From assembly GCF_004010195.1 (NCBI RefSeq), contig NC_057720.1, positions 8,813,294 to 8,871,253 on the forward strand: 57,960 nt of DNA, in the 5' to 3' direction. This DNA is from Chiloscyllium plagiosum (taxonomy: Eukaryota). A program made the position numbers and the translations under genes. Numbering within the stretch: position 1 is the first letter of the stretch; the number at the start of each line of letters is the position of its first letter. Below, in pieces: positions 11,463 to 23,494 of the stretch. Under the pieces are notes generated by a model. The model worked only from the letters and a program-made list of their open reading frames with translations, was not told the origin of the DNA and searched no databases.

Positions 11463-13194
11463 TGTGTGTACCTGCTCTGTGTCAGTTCCAACTCAACAAA
11501 ATAGGTAACAATTGGTTTATTTCTCAGGGCAAGGTCCTGACTAAACACAGTCAACTACTCTGCATGTAAGATGGTGCTGTAAGTGGCAACTTATAAACTT
11601 TTCACCAGGATGAAACTGTTTCTCCTCAAGTAGCATAACTTGAGAGGGAAGGTAGGATCTAACATCTAACATCTCACCTGAAAGACAGCATCTCTGGAAA
11701 TACAGCACTCCCTTCCTACTGCACTTAACAGCATTTGCATGCTTGTGATAATGAAGCTAATTCAAGTCAAAATCTGATTTAAAGCCTCACAGTTAACTAT
11801 CAAATATCTTTAACTGGTACATTCTTCATGGCAACCACTCTATCAATCAGAGTCCATTTACCAACCAATCAGCTCTCTCCTCTCATGCAGTATAACTGTT
11901 TATTGCCCCCCGAATATGCATTCTTGCAAACAGTCCTGATGAGTACAAGATAAAAAAGCTTTGACATAAAGAATATTTTTTTCATCAATATTCAATTCGA
12001 TAATTCTAAAAGTGTGTTTACGAATGCAATTTGTTACAGGTTTTCTGAGGCCATTCCTTTCACAATAGTTACCAGGATGAAAGAATCATCATGAGACACA
12101 ATTCAGAATAATGAATCCCTCAGCAACCAATGTTTATTCTTAGTCCCAGTACTGTAACTACACACGTTTGCCTTGCTGTACATTCAGTTTGACTTGCACC
12201 CCTAAACAGAATGTACAAGGCAATTTTCTCCCTGTTTCCTGCACCTTTAATTCAGTGCTCTATCAGTTACTTCATCCGTCATGACTGGCCTATTTTCTGA
12301 AATAAAAAACAGCTGCAGGTTCAAACATTTGTGCAGGCTTATTAAAATAATCATGGCGAAAGGAGGAAAATGAGAGGAAGCATTTATCTGAAATTGGTTT
12401 AACCTGGACTCTACCCATTAGTCAGCAGACGGAAAGAACAGCAACTGATGCTGAAGAAAAGTCCTCCTCAATCTTGTTAATATTGCCAGGTTTTAGGTGT
12501 AGGACTTAAAATAACAGAGCATTAAATGTAAACAATGCACGATAAGACTGATATGTTTACAAGAAGCATTTACAGCGCCACCATTTAGATTCAGTGTGTC
12601 TACTTTTACTGATAACACTGTCTGCCAGTCTCCAAACACTTCAGATGTGCCCATGTGATTTCATGCCACCTCAGTACTTGATTTAATAGTGACCTTTCTT
12701 TGTGCCTGTGTAAACACATGCAGTAGAAACCGCTCAAGTGTATCTGCCTCATGGGGCACTTTCCATTCGAAACCATGGATTAGCGCTGAATGCATGATTA
12801 GCACTGAATGCCATACCTACAACGGAGCAATTAACTGCCAAGTACAAGATAAACACATAACATTTGCAACGTAGCTTGCTTTTGAAAAAAAAATCAGTTT
12901 CGGATGATTTTATTTTGATTAAAAACAAGCCACAATTCATTTTCAGCTGACCTGCCAATCCAACCAAATAATGATTTTAAATTGCCAAAGATGTTTTTTT
13001 GTCCTCAATTAGGACATTAAGCATTCTAAAATGACAGGCTCTCCATCAACGTCATACATTGTATTTGAGCACCATTAACCCTGCCGTTTATCAGTATAGT
13101 TTAGTGCTGCAAATGTGGCTACAGGAGTGTCTAAATTCCCTTGTCAGTAGGACCAAGAAATGCAGGTTTAGTTATAACACTCCTCCTGCCTCTA

Positions 13195-13325
13195 GGCCAG
13201 GAAACCTGTGGCTCCAAATCCCACTCCAGAGGCTTGAACACGTAACCTAGGCTGCCTGATAATTGCAGTAGGAAGGGAGTGCTGTAGTGCCAGAGGTACT
13301 GTCTTTCAGATTAGATGTCAGATCT
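13195..13325 (+). mobile_element. Deu-domain SINE-like remnant (similar fragments at ~11660-11725, 16580-16680, 33410-33520, 45420-45510, 54875-55030)
   Basis: TCCCACTCCAGAGGCTTGAACAC..TAGGCTG..GCAGTA..AGGGAGTGCTG..AGAGGT..GTCTTTCAGAT resembles shark Deu-SINE sequence as I recall it; not verified. Confidence 0.55.
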
Positions 13326-13534
13326 CTCTTAAGTATTGCTACTTGAGGAGAGGCAGTTACATGCCGACAGTGTCTCCGGACTAGTAATCCAGAAACCCTG
13401 ACCAATGCCTCAAAGCCAGTGTTACGTCTCACTGGGGCAGCAGGTGGAATTTAAATTCAATTAATTATTTATTGTGACTTGCTCATGGGATGTAGGCACT
13501 GCTGGCTGTCAGCCATCCCTACTGGGTCCTTGAA

Positions 13535-13885
13535 CTCATAGAATCCCTGCAGTGTGGAAGCAGGCCATTCAGCCCATTGAGTCCACACCAACCCTCCAAA
13601 GAGCATTTCACTCAAACCCACCCCTTCCTTGTAACCCTGCATTCCAGATGGCTGATCCACCTAATCTACATACCCCTGGACAATACAGCCAGTTTAGCAT
13701 GGCCAATCCACCTAACCTTCAGATATTTGGATTGTGGGAGGAAACTGGAACACCCAGAGGAAGCCCACACAGACATGGGGAGAATGTGCAAACTCCACAC
13801 GGACAGTCGCCCAAGGCTGGATTCAAACCCAGATCCCTGGCACTGTGAGGTAGCAGTGTTAACCACTGAGCCACCATGCCACTGC
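13535..13885 (-). mobile_element. HE1-type V-SINE, full length, older
   Basis: Head TGGCTCAGTGG (box A) and GGTTTGAATCC (box B), V-domain, CR1-like tail. Confidence 0.85.
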
Positions 13886-14816
13886 ACTGTATGCCTGAGG
13901 TGTAAGGCTGTGTGACTAGTTGGGCCATTTCAATGCACACTTAACAATCAACCATTTTCCATGTGCCAGGTGGATTTCTGTGATATTAGTAATAGTTATA
14001 TCGTTAGCATGACACTAGCTTTTTATTCCAGATTTTTATTGACTTCACATTTTGTCATCTGATGAGACGGGATGCAAACACACCTTGGAGAACTGATGCA
14101 GTAACATTACCACTCTATCACTGCCTGGCACAATATCGGGGACATGAAGTTATTCTCAGCAATGGTTAGATGTCACACAGGACCAGGTTACAGTCCAATA
14201 GGTTTATGTAAAATCACAAGCTTTTGGAGCACTGCTCCTTCATCAGGTGAAGTGGAGGGAAGTACAAAGGCACAGAATATAGAGGCAAAGAGATAATGGC
14301 AAGATAATTCTCGAGGTACATGATAATGCAGAATTGCCAAGCAGAAACTGATAGTCAAGTTCTGTACTTATAAGGACGGCTTCAACCGTGATCTTGGGTT
14401 TATGTCACGCTACATGCAACACTACATTACTGTTCTGTGTTTGTAAAAATCTTCCTTACTGTTCTATTTTCACACCATTACCTTGATTACTTACAATTAT
14501 CTCTCTACCTTAATCAATTTGTACAGTTTTTAATTACTTGTTACTTTGGTTGAACCCTCGTCATGAAACTCTGATACCTACTCATATTATTCCAGCCATT
14601 TAGATGGACTTTAGCACTACCTTATTTTCAATGATTTGTAATTGTCTCTCGACCATAATCAGTTTATAGGTCATCCTTTTACTTGTTATTCAGCTGTTGA
14701 CACTCCACTCACACGATTTGTACTATCTGTTGACATTCTTAGTTCCCTGGAATTACCTTGCCATTATCTCTCCACCTTTTAATTCTGTACCTGTGCGCTT
14801 CCCTTCATTTTTTTTT

Positions 14817-15120
14817 AGATTACATTACAGTGTGGAAACAGGCCCTTCGGCCCAACAAGTCCACACCGACCCGACGAAGTGCAACCCACCCATACCCCTA
14901 CATTTACCCCTTACCTAACACTACGGGCAATTTAGCATGACCAATTCACCTGACCTGCACATCTTTCGACTGTGGGAGGAAACCGGAGCACCCAGAGGAA
15001 AACCACGCAGACACGGGGAGAACACGCAAACTCCACACAGTCAGTCGCCTGAGGCGGGAATTGAACCCAGGTCTCTGGCACTGTGAGTCAGCAGTGCTAA
15101 CCACTGTGCCACTGTGCCGC
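14817..15120 (-). mobile_element. HE1-type V-SINE, full length, young
   Basis: GCGGCACAGTGGCACAGTGGTTAGCACTGCTG..GGGTTCAATTCC head, V-domain, tail. Confidence 0.9.
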
Positions 15121-15122
15121 TC

Positions 15123-15151
15123 CTGATGAAGGAGCAGAGCTCTGAAAGCTT
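15123..15151 (+). ncRNA. Minimal hammerhead ribozyme motif (family B)
   Basis: CTGATGA-A-GGAGC-AGA-GCTCT-GAAA-GC-TT. Confidence 0.65.
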
Positions 15152-15276
15152 GTGATTTCAAATAAACCTGTCGGACTCTAACCTGGTGTCATGTGACTTC
15201 TGTTTAGATTAGATTAGATTAGAGTGGTGCTGGAAAAGCACAGCAGTTCAGGCAGCATCTGAGGAGCAGTAAAATC

Positions 15277-15304
15277 GACGTTTCGGACAAAAGTCCTTCA
15301 TCAG
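15277..15304 (-). ncRNA. Minimal hammerhead ribozyme motif (family A), intact core
   Basis: CTGATGA-A-GGAC-TTTT-GTCC-GAAA-CG-TC; stem II compensatory relative to GGGC/GCCC copies. Confidence 0.8.
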
Positions 15305-15376
15305 GAATACAGGCAGAGAGCCTGAAGGGTGGAGAGATAAGTGAGAGGAGGGTGGGGGTGGGAAGAAAGTAGCATA

Positions 15377-15690
15377 NNNNNNNNNNNNNNNNNNNNNNNN
15401 NNNNNNNNNNNNNNNNNNNNNNNNNNNNNNNNNNNNNNNNNNNNNNNNNNNNNNNNNNNNNNNNNNNNNNNNNNNNNNNNNNNNNNNNNNNNNNNNNNNN
15501 NNNNNNNNNNNNNNNNNNNNNNNNNNNNNNNNNNNNNNNNNNNNNNNNNNNNNNNNNNNNNNNNNNNNNNNNNNNNNNNNNNNNNNNNNNNNNNNNNNNN
15601 NNNNNNNNNNNNNNNNNNNNNNNNNNNNNNNNNNNNNNNNNNNNNNNNNNNNNNNNNNNNNNNNNNNNNNNNNNNNNNNNNNNNNNNNNN
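15377..15690. other. Assembly gap (314 N) inside PLE-A
   Basis: Run of N. Confidence 1.
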
Positions 15691-16961
15691 TGATGGATGT
15701 GGAAGGCTCCTTTAGGGCCTTGGATAGAGGTGAGAGAGGAGGTGTGGGTGCAGGTTTTGCAGTTCCTGCGGTGGCAGGGGAAGGTGCCAGGATGGGAGGG
15801 TGGGTTGTAGGGGGGGGCGTGGACCTGACCAGGTAGTCACGGAGGGAACGGTCTTTGCGGAAGGTGGAAAGGGGTGGGGAGGGAACTCTATCCCTCGTGG
15901 TGGGATCCGTTTGGAGGTGGCGGAAATGTTGGCGGATGATTTGGTTTATGCGAAGGTTGGTGGGGTGGAAAGTGAGCACCAGGATGCTGCCTGAACTGCT
16001 GTGCTTTTCCAACACCACTCTAATCTGAACTCTGGTTTACAGCATTTGCAGTCATTGTTTTTACCTCATGTGACTTCTGACTTTGTTCAACACTGGTACC
16101 TCCACATCTCACTAATGGTGAGCAAGAAATCCCATTGATTGTGAGGATGATGATTAAGTTCCCTACAGTATGGAAACAGGCCCTTCAGCCCAACAAGTCC
16201 ACACTGACCCTCCACAGAATAACCTAGCCAGACCCATTCCGGTACACCAGGTCCCTCGTGCTGTGAAGCAGCAATGCTAATCACTGAGCCACATGCCACC
16301 CAAACATCTAATTAGAGATGGAAATCTGCTATCCTGGTCTGGCCTGGCCTATATGTGACTCCAGGTCCCTAGTAATGCAGTTGACTCTTAACTGCCCTCT
16401 GAAGTTGACCAGCATACCGTTCATCTCAAAGGGAGCTATGGATGATGAAAATATACTGGCCTTACCAGAGGCATCCCCACCCTGTGAAAAAAAATAATGT
16501 TACAAAACATTTTAAAGAAGAGTAAGAATGTTTTCTTTGATTTCCTGGCTAACATTTAGTCCTCAACTGACCTTGCTAAGATTAAAATATATTGCTGTTG
16601 TGGGATCCTGCATAAGCTGACTGCCACATTTTCAATGCTAAGAGTACTTTGAAAGTTCTTCTTTGGGCAGAGGCTCCTTGGAAATGTTGATGTATCACAC
16701 ATTGTCAATCTGACCACTGAATATCCCAACATCAGTATTTTACTATTCTCAAGCCAAACCTCTGCACATTTCATCAACCAAAAGTAACAAGTGTCAATGC
16801 CTCCAGTAAAGTAACGAGCAGGAGTTCCAACCATCAGTACCTTTCTTTCATGGTACCAGACTATCTCAGGTTAATAACAGAGGCAATACTAACAAGCACA
16901 TGAGTGAGAAAGGAAGGAAGATATATTATTGGGTTCGTTGAAGTGGATGGTTAGGAGATTT

Positions 16962-17077
16962 AGAGAAAGTGAGGATGCAGATGCTGGAGATCAGAGTTGA
17001 GAGAGTGGTGCTGGGAAAGCAGGTCAGGCAGCATCTGAGGAGCAGGAGAATCAATGTTTCGGGCATAAGCCCTTCAT
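16962..17077 (-). mobile_element. PLE family A terminal repeat truncated inside the HHR core
   Basis: Ends ..TTTCGGGCATAAGCCCTTCAT; TSD TGG(T/G)TAGGAGATTT at 16948-16961 and 17078-17091. Confidence 0.85.
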
Positions 17078-17224
17078 TGGGTAGGAGATTTGGGTCTGGC
17101 ATAAACACTGACATGAACTAATGGGCTGGATGGCCTGCTTCTGAGCTCTTAAAACTAAGAACATGGTTTCGTGCAGAGTATTCAGCAGCTTTTTCAACCA
17201 CGTTCCACTTCTCTTCAGACAACC

Positions 17225-17760
17225 CCTATAGTGTAGAAACAGACCATTTGGCCCAACAATTTCATACCAATCCTCCAAAGATTAACCCACCCAGACCCAT
17301 TACCCCTACTCTACATTTTCCCCTGACTAATGCACCTAACATTCACATCCCTGAATACCATGGGCAATTTAGCATGGCCAATCCACCCTAACTTGCACAT
17401 CTTTGACCATAAGAGGAAACCAGAGCACCTAGAGGAAACCCACACAGGTACAGGGAGAATATGCAAACTCCACACAGATAGTCACCCAAGGAGTTCAAAG
17501 TGAGAGGAGAAACATTTAGAAGAGATATATGTGGAAAGTTCTTCATGCAGAGGGTAGTGGGTGCCTGGATTGCATTGCCAGTGGAGGTGGTAGGGGCAGG
17601 AATAATAGTGTCATTTAAGATGTATCTGGACAGATACATGAATGGGCAGGGAGCAAAGGGATGCAAATCCTTAGAAAAGAGGTGATAGGTTTAGATAGAG
17701 GATATGGATCGGCACAGGCTTAAAGGGCCGAAGGGCCTGTTCCTATGCTGTAAGGTTCTT
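17225..17760. mobile_element. Partial HE1 SINE (-) fused to a CR1 3' end (+)
   Basis: V-domain on the minus strand, then FKVRGETFRRDICGKFFMQRVVGAWIALP. Confidence 0.8.
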
Positions 17761-18210
17761 TGTTTTTAGTTCTTGTTCTTCATTCTTTACACTTGCCTCT
17801 TCTATAAGTGATGTAGAGCTAAAATGAGGAGTCCAGCTGTATTTACCCCCAAGATGGAGAAACGTGCAAATGAGACTTAATGGTCCAATCTACATATACC
17901 ACAAAATGAAGTACCAGTACACATGCATTTCCAAATATTGTTGGTTTGTACTGAGTTTCCCCTCTGAGTTGAGAATGTCGAAGCTTGTCTTCCTTAATGG
18001 ACATCAGAAAATTTGCTCACTTCAAATTGCAGGGGCCTTCTATAGTTTGTAGATGATTGTCATCAGGATCTGACTGATGATTTCACTTGAAAGCTAAAGT
18101 AGGCCCTATGAGGCCTGACAAAGCAAGATGTTGAGAGTTATAAAGCTTCCTTGGAACCACTTGTTTGACTGGGCAGAAATTTTCCATCATGTTGGGGTTT
18201 GTGGCAAGTG

Positions 18211-18339
18211 GGAGAAAGTGAGGACTGCAGATGCTGGAGATCAGAGCTGAAAAATGTGTTGCTGGAAAAGCGCAGCAGGTCAGGCAGCATCCAAGGAGCA
18301 GGAGAATCGACGTTTCAGGCATAAGCCCTTCTTCAGGAA
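18211..18339 (-). mobile_element. PLE family A terminal repeat with near-intact HHR (18309-18336)
   Basis: Minus strand CTGAAGA-A-GGGC-TTAT-GCCT-GAAA-CG-TC..GCAGTCCTCACTTTCTCC. Confidence 0.85.
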
Positions 18340-19430
18340 GGTGGCCTGCTACTAAGGAATTCTGAACATTGTCCACATTGTCAATCCCAGTCAGGTAACC
18401 CACTCTCTGAAGGCAACATCCTTATCTCAGAGTAAAGACAGTTGACCTACATTGGTTACTGACACGTGTTCACATTTCACAAAAATGCTAACTTTTTAAA
18501 ATCCACTGTGTTGACGCTGATGTGGTGGAACTGGAGTGAGGACCTTCTAAATGGTAATTTCTGGGGCAGGAAATAAATACTGGCTGGTGTAACTATTAAC
18601 CTGACCTCTTAACTTAGCCCTCCACCAACACACCTCGCCCCCACAACCCCCACCGCCCCCCAACCCCAGCAAGACCTTCTCAAATCGTTGCATCTGCCAG
18701 GAAGTGCTGGCCTATAGCACTGCCCACTCCCCACGAGAGAAAACAAAATTGACCGATTCGTACCATGTGTACTGGAACTATTTATCGGAATTAAGTTTCA
18801 TTTAAAAGAAAATAAAATAAAAACGACAATCATGGTTGGTTTGTGGCTACATTTGTGACATTTTTTGTGATCTGCGGTTCAAAATACCAGTATATTCCAT
18901 CACATCTTGATACATCAATGTCAATTTGTTACTCAAGAACTTAAAAGATCATTTGAAGTCATGTTTTCTCTTCCTCTTTTTGATTCACATAACTTGAAAC
19001 CAATCTTCAAAACGCATCTTCAAAAAGAAAAGAAATATGTTTGAAACATAATTGCATGTGCTCTCATTATCTGCAAGAATCTTTTTGCAAGACAGCTAAA
19101 AATACAGTTGAATGTTTTTAATTGAATAGTCACAGGCTACAGGTTTTTGATCCAGTGGGTTAAGCAATTGAACTGTGCATGTCCAGGACTTGATTGAATT
19201 CAGTGCAGCAACTCCAACTGAAGACAAAAAAGCAAGACTTGCATTTGCATTGTATCTTTCACAACTTCAGTAAATCCCCAAAGCACTTTAAATGCAATAT
19301 TTAACTGCAGGTCCAAGGCTTTGGAATCAAGGTATGTCGAGATATCAGGAAATTTTGAATAATATTGGGGTTGGGGGAGTATATTCTGATCAGTGTGATA
19401 CATGGAAAGAATTAATGGGTCAATCGATAT

Positions 19431-19605
19431 GAAGCTGGAAGCCAGAGCACAGCAGGTCAGACAGCAACCTAGGAGCAGGAAGGTCAATGTTTTGGCCTGA
19501 AACGTCGACTTTCCTGCTCCTCGGATGCTGTCTGACCTGCTGTGCTTTTTCCAGCTCCACATCTACCTACCCTGGCTTCCAGCACCTGCAGTCCTTACTG
19601 TCTCC
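19431..19605. mobile_element. PLE family A fold-back mini-element (older)
   Basis: Inverted arms meeting at CAATGTTTTGGCC|TGAAACGTCG (~19495); no clear TSD. Confidence 0.75.
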
Positions 19606-19914
19606 TTGTCACTCAGAAGAATTCATTGTTTGGATATTCTGAGGAGACAGTCACACTCAAGTTGGCTCTCAGCTCGTTTATTTTCTGTTAGTGCCCAGCT
19701 CCATATTTCCGGGCAGGAATTCCAATCCTGGATTGATCAGGAATGTGGAGTGCATGTGTAATCAGCATCGTTCTCTCATCATTTCGGAGGAAGTCAAATG
19801 ATACCCTTTTTGCAGCAGTCAGTGTATTGCTTGCTCTGAGTCAGACACCCAACAGCAGAGCCAATCAGGTTGATAGTTGCATGAAAGGGTAAGTATATAA
19901 AGATGCAAAACAGG

Positions 19915-20265
19915 CTTGAATCCCACTACAGCGGATGGTGGTACTTAAATTCAATAAAAATCTGGAATTAAGAATCTAACGATGACCATGAATTCATGCT
20001 CAATGGTTGGAAAAACCAATCTGGTTCACTAATGTCCTTGAGGGGAGGAAATCTGTCATCCTCACCTTGTCTGGCTTACATGTGATTCCAGACCCACAGC
20101 AACGTGGCTGACTCTCAACTGCCCTCTGAGCAATTAGGGATGGGCAATAAATGCTCGTCTAGCCAGCAACGTGGCTGACTCTCAACTGCCCTCTGGGCAA
20201 TTAGGGATGGGCAATAAATGCTCGTCTAGCCAGCCACGCCGTCATCCTGTGAATGAATAAAAAAG
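19915..20265 (+). mobile_element. SINE family 2 with an internal 67-bp tandem duplication
   Basis: Units at 20097-20163 and 20164-20230. Confidence 0.85.
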
Positions 20266-22434
20266 AAAGCATTGGGTTTAGGTGCCAGGTGTTCAGAACA
20301 GTAATGTTCCTGGTGAGTAGCATTCTGGGTGGGAGGGATGCCAATTGGGTAGAGTTCCAGCAGTGGGTACGGTACCTGGTGTACACGCTGCTAGGTGATG
20401 GAGTACCAATGGTGTCATGGCACTAAGTGGGTTTGGTGACAAGTGGGTAGGGTAGCAGGTAAATGATAGCGGTCTTAGGATAGATCAGTGTGAGGGCACG
20501 GGTTGTGCAGTTTCATGGTCAGCAGTGGTCAAGGAGACCATCAGGGCTGGTAGGTGATACAGTGTCAGGGTTGTCGAGCCAGAGAAGTCTTGCGGTTAGT
20601 AGCTGAGCTTGGTGTCAGTGCCAGTCAGTTGTAGCCTCGTATTGTGTTGTGGCTGTCTAGTTCAGGTGGGGTAGGGGTGCTGATATCTGGTTTTCAGAGC
20701 TCTGCGGAGTCTGAAGAGTTAAGACAGTGTTGTTTTGGGTAGGGGTGGGAGTGGTAAGTTAGGTGGTCAGGTTAATATTTACCCAGGCACCAGGCTAGGT
20801 TTTTAATCCTCTCACTTTTCCCGGGTAATTGTCAACCAAAGTGGAACCCACTGGATTCTCCATCTTTAACGGTTTCTTTCATGGGGTTCCAAACACAGGG
20901 GAATTACCAGCTGAATCTTAAATTTCCTTGGAAATTGCCACAAAATCAGCTCCGGCTGGGATTCTACAATGTCCCAACGTATAACTCAAAGACTATCTGG
21001 CTATTTTGGAGTGTGAAGGCCAATGAGCTGTACTTGCGACAAGTTGGATCTGAGGAGTAAATTGAATTAGCTTTCTTGTCACACAAACTCAGATGAGTAC
21101 AGTGAAAGGTTTACAGTGTCCACCTTATAGTGCCATCTTAGGTCCAAAGGTTCCTTGGTACAGATGCTTCAGATCAAACATAAAATGTAGAAAAGTTAAG
21201 AAATAGTTCAGTCAGCATTATAAGTGAGAGGAATAAACTAGGAAAATAAAGAAGTAAAAAGTTCAGAATATCAGCCTTTCTGACCCCGTCTTTGATGGCA
21301 CCTAACCCCAAGGGAGACCTTCACATCTTACCTTTATGCAAGTTATATATTGCCTAATATATACTGGCACAACAGTGTAATTCAAGGTGACCTTGCCTAG
21401 TTATTCCTACTTCTGCACATGAAGCCCTTCACCATCTCTGAATTTAGACTTAGCAAATACATTGTGAAAAGGAGTTGCATATGGATTGTTAAACTCTTTT
21501 TCTCACAGGAAGGTTAACAGACAGACCAGCTCAAATTTATATCACTTTATGGTAAAAATGGAGAAGATGATGAACTCCCTAACAACAATGTATCCTTCTG
21601 CTTGACTTGAACAAGTATATCCCCTTTGTGTTTCATTGTTCTCTGTTGAACCAATGAGGACTCATGGCTTTCTGTCCTGAAGATTTACCTATTCGTGCCA
21701 TATCCTGCTTACAATCCAATTTATTAACCATAAGGCAAACAATGAAGTGCTTGAAGTTGCAAGAGAGAAAGTTGCAAAAGAAAAAGTGCCATTCCAAACA
21801 GAAAGTGTCAAGATGTTCGGTCAATTGATTGGAGCTGATAAACGACAAAGATCTCTTCGCAAGGGTAAAGTGCAGGCAGCAAAAAGAAGTGTTGCCTTAG
21901 ATGTGGTTAGACAATGGATATCGATAAGCTGTTGTAGATGAGCTGTAGTAATGTGTGAGGACCCTGTAAGACAGATGAGCATGAGGCAAAGGAGGGGTAT
22001 TATGTAGCTTTGGGTTACACTGCTGTACCAGCATATATAAGGCAATGTGAGTCAACCTGCATAAAAATAAAGTGCTTAGACCATTTACTGCTCAGACCCA
22101 AACTTGGAAGAAGTGCAAACTCATTGGCCCTGATGAGTATTATGCACCAAAGCACACAGTCTCCTGATAGGACCAGCTAAAAATAACAGCAGCACCATGA
22201 CCTGCTGCCAAAAACCTTCGCTGTTCTTTGCTCAATCATTTGCTGTGCTCAAGCAACAAATTGAAGACCTCTTCTTCAATACCAATGGCTCAGTCCATTC
22301 CACATGCATAACTAATGGATTCTTAGAGTTCTACAGCACTGTAAAAAGACCCTTCAGCCTATCAAGTCTGCTATTCTATTTTAGTCCCATTTTCCAGCAT
22401 GAGGCCTTATATGCCATGGTATCACAAGTAAGAG

Positions 22435-23100
22435 GGCATTAAGTTCCTGGGAATGATGATCAACAACAATCTGTCCTGGATCTCCCACATAGATGGGTCA
22501 AGAAGGCATAACAATGTATCTCCTTCCTCAGTAGATTTAGGAAATTCAGCATGTCCATAATGACCCTCACCAACCTTTATAGATGCACCATTAAAAGCAT
22601 TCTATCTGGGTGCATAACGGCCTGGTACAGTAACTGCTCTGCCCAGGATTGTAAGAAACTATGAAAAGTTGTGTGCACAGTCCAGATCATCAAGGAAACC
22701 AACTTTGCGTCCATGGACTCCATTTGCACTTCTCGTTGTAGTGGAAATGATGCCAATATCATCAAAGACCCCTCTCATCTCGATAATACTTTCTTCCAAC
22801 CTCTTCCATCAGGCAGGAGATACAGAAGCTTGAACACACAAACCAATAGGTTCAAGAACAGCTTCTTCCCTGCTGTTATTAGACTGATGAATGAACCTCT
22901 CTAACTTCAAATAAAGTTGGTCTTGTTAATGTTAATCTTTCTTTGTACACCTCCCCTGCAGCCATAACCTTGTATGCCTCATTCTGTCTCAGTACCCTAT
23001 GATCTGTACATCCTTGTTTGCTATGATCTGCCTGTACTACTCACAAAACAATACTTTTCACTGTATTGAGGTACGTATGACAACAAAAAATCAAATCATG
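22435..23100 (+). mobile_element. Rex1/Babar-like non-LTR retrotransposon 3' part
   Basis: YRCTIKSILSGCITAWYSNCSAQDCKKL..IIKDPSH..FFQPLPSGRRYRSL.TQTNRFKNSFFPAVIRLMN; (AAATC)n tail. Confidence 0.8.
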
Positions 23101-23494
23101 TAAATACTTCTCAATACCACAAGTGTTGTCGAGTGAAACACCTTTCTCACAGGCCTCAACCCAAATCCTAATGATAGAGTTCCTTGAGGACTCTCAATAT
23201 CTGCAAGGCATCATCAGCTGTTCCCATCTGGGTGCATGTTTCACAGTTCATCCACCGATCCCAAAAAAAAGCAAAATAATTTATCGAATTATTTTGGATG
23301 TTACAGCTTCCTCGGAAGTTTAGTGAAGTCATTGAATGCACACAATCTGGAATGGCCTTGGGAATTCCTGGGCTCACACGTTTAACATCACATATGGGTG
23401 GGTGGGTAATGATGGTCAGGGGTTAACAGAAGCGGCATGTTTGAGACAAACATCTACCGGTAGACATCTATTCCTTCCTAGCTTGTGGGCATCA

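Larger units (their letters stand above)
11050..11990 (+). mobile_element. PLE family E remnant: GIY-YIG C-terminal part (11050-11260) and 3' terminal region with degenerate HHR (11936-11968), interrupted by other repeats
   Basis: IRCDSAIGQYLQNDPTCARNY..QF.IV..HLCVLGTNYINSQEGP..KQKEH resembles the distal part of a PLE endonuclease; CTGATGAGTACAAGATAAAAAAGCTTTGAC. Confidence 0.55.
15203..16065 (-). mobile_element. PLE family A (Neptune-like) 5'-truncated copy with inverted terminal arm
   Basis: Minus strand LVLTFHPTNLRINQIIRQHFRHLQTDPTTR..FRKDRSLRDYLVRS..GTFPCHRRNCKTC (RT-EN linker with Cys motif); 14-bp TSD TCATGTGACTTCTG at 15189-15202 and 16066-16079. Confidence 0.9.
14167..16106. mobile_element. 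PLE family B element: inverted terminal repeat, GIY-YIG C-terminus, 3'UTR and terminal repeat, with nested SINE and PLE-A
   Basis: Minus HHR 14218-14246; + strand RIAKQKLIVKFCTYKDGFNRDLGFMSRYM; + HHR 15123-15151; probable TSD TCTCAGCAATGGT/TCTCACTAATGGT at 14154-14166 and 16107-16119. Confidence 0.78.

Noticed and set aside
15248..16018. Long ORFs spanning the N runs (also 38515-39172)
   Set aside because: Length is inflated by gaps; the real parts are PLE fragments
20270..20780. G/T-rich skewed tract
   Set aside because: No periodicity or definable ends; probably a decayed unclassified repeat
21509..21605. Terminal exon of a helical cytokine (helix D-like peptide)
   Set aside because: The resemblance is only compositional; no matching upstream exons, signal peptide or AU-rich 3'UTR were found
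22128..22155. CTGATGAG as another hammerhead
   Set aside because: No convincing stem II or GAAA, and no PLE context
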